Assembly: GCA_044892505.1 (NCBI GenBank)
Contig: CM097882.1
Location: 13,888,001-13,952,000 of the forward strand
Source of the DNA: Schmidtea nova
Lineage: Eukaryota
Reading direction: 5' to 3'
DNA length: 64,000 bases
Shown here: positions 62,843-64,000 of the stretch, piece after piece
Numbering within the stretch: position 1 is the first letter of the stretch
Layout of the letters: each line of letters starts with the position of its first letter
Notes under the pieces: model-generated
Databases searched by the model: none
What the model was told of the DNA's origin: nothing
The model's input: only the letters and a program-made list of their open reading frames with translations
Made by a program: the position numbers and the translations under genes

Positions 62843-64000
62843 TGTTGGGCAAAAACCACAAATGTTTTAATAAAGCGATAACCCCATAGGTAGAGAGCGC
62901 GCAAGATTTAGTTTCAACCCAAAAATCCATTTAAAAATCCAAGCGATTAAGTGGAAAACACCAAAAGGTGAAGTGGACTCAAAACACATCAACCAGTAGA
63001 GAACGCGCTAGCTGGGAGTCTAAAAGCCCTTACATTGAAACCTCGAGAAAAATCAAATGCCATCAAAAGAAGAACGTTTAAAAGTTAGAATAGGCGGAAA
63101 ACCCATTGAAAATACCCATAAAGAACGGAATTGTGTTATAAAACCTTCATGCAGAAAAAATTAACAGAATTTTAGCCGAAAATTGTGATTTTAGCAAAAT
63201 ATTTCACATTAACAATAAAAAGAACTAATATTGATCGAAATATCGTAAATTAAATCAAATCGAACAAATTTCGATTCAAAAACAAAAATTTGGAATTAAA
63301 ATAAATTATTTGTGTTTTGCAAAAAATTATTACACAAAAATATGGATTTAATTTTTGGAAAATCATTAGAATTCATTTAGAAAAATTAAAAGGAAAATTC
63401 TAGAATAATTTGTTTTATTACACTGGTGAAGGTGACGAAAATCGATGGTATATATACCGCCATCAAAATGGCAGAAATCAGAATTGGTGAATAATTTTCT
63501 GTTTAAGAATTTTTGCAGAATTGATTTTGAGAATCTAGTAAAAATTTTTGTTTGTGGAAAAAAAGAAAAATTCGGTAAGAAACATTCTTTTGTTCGGTGC
63601 GGGGTCACTGAAAAGCATGCCCTTTCAGTTACCCCGTACCTGGTATTATTTTATTAATTGTAAATTTTATTGCCTATATGTATCATAATCAGTTTTAATT
63701 ATTATATATTTAATGAAAGTTATTTTGTTTTTTTTATTATTTTGATTTTAATCTCGTCATAGGTTCCCATGATTCACGGAAATTCGTTTTAATATTTATT
63801 ACACAAAAATAAAATTGATTAAATTTTTTTTTCTTCCGTACCCCCTGAAGCCTGTGTCTGGCCTTGCGCCGATCGGGTGGAAGTAGCCTGAGCGGATCGC
63901 TGGTTCGATACGTAAATCGATCAGTCCATATTTCCGAGTCCAGGTGAATAGCCTAAACATCCATGATCACTTCATCCCAACTGGGGAACAGTGGCTTGGC
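62843..64000 (+). repeat. 3' LTR (partial, truncated by window end)
   Basis: Near-identical to 42290-43440 (two substitutions and one 7-bp indel seen by eye). No canonical PPT upstream. Confidence 0.85.

Larger units (their letters stand above)
42290..64000 (+). mobile_element. Giant LTR element B (estimated ~24 kb) lacking RT/RNase H/integrase; extends past the window
   Basis: Direct repeats start TGTTGGG at 42290 and 62843; tRNA-Pro PBS; retropepsin; all ORFs on the + strand. Confidence 0.85.

Noticed and set aside
42813-63657. 80-aa and 70-78-aa ORFs repeated at 42.8 kb and 63.4 kb
   Set aside because: Short incidental ORFs within the LTR copies; no coding features.

Overview
Very AT-rich eukaryotic DNA with short (42-52 nt) GT-AG introns and six N gaps. 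Flatworm/planarian origin is plausible but is an inference. The window is almost entirely mobile DNA. (1) 1-~19.3 kb: giant Ty3/Gypsy element A. Its polyprotein is open at the left edge and reads ubiquitin-like, AT-hook, Bcl-2-like, signal, chuvirus-type glycoprotein, protease, RT, RNase H, integrase, signal, FN3/mucin/TM. A degenerate DEDDh-exonuclease ORF follows. (2) Nested in A, between identical 952-bp direct repeats, is a NeSL/R5-clade non-LTR element (Ulp1, RT, restriction-like endonuclease) whose ORF runs directly into a 5S rRNA gene. (3) 21.6-25.3 kb: a Sin3 PAH1 fragment and a decayed GC-rich foreign cassette. (4) 25460-34554: a Polinton/Maverick-ended element with AGTAGT termini and a perfect 6-bp TSD. 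It is a near-perfect 9-kb palindrome, and each arm carries an intron-containing Bcl-2-like gene and a small Cys-rich gene. (5) 37.7-39.8 kb: decayed Polinton pPolB. (6) 42290 to beyond 64000: giant LTR element B with a ~3.8-kb LTR and tRNA-Pro PBS but no RT or integrase. It carries RING, Ubl-protease-ankyrin-FN3, TRAF, IAP, coiled-coil and membrane-protein ORFs, and each recognised ORF start is preceded by a splice acceptor. Recurring theme: three separate mobile elements carry apoptosis regulators (two Bcl-2-like genes, IAP, TRAF). All protein identifications come from motif recognition by eye; no database searches were run.
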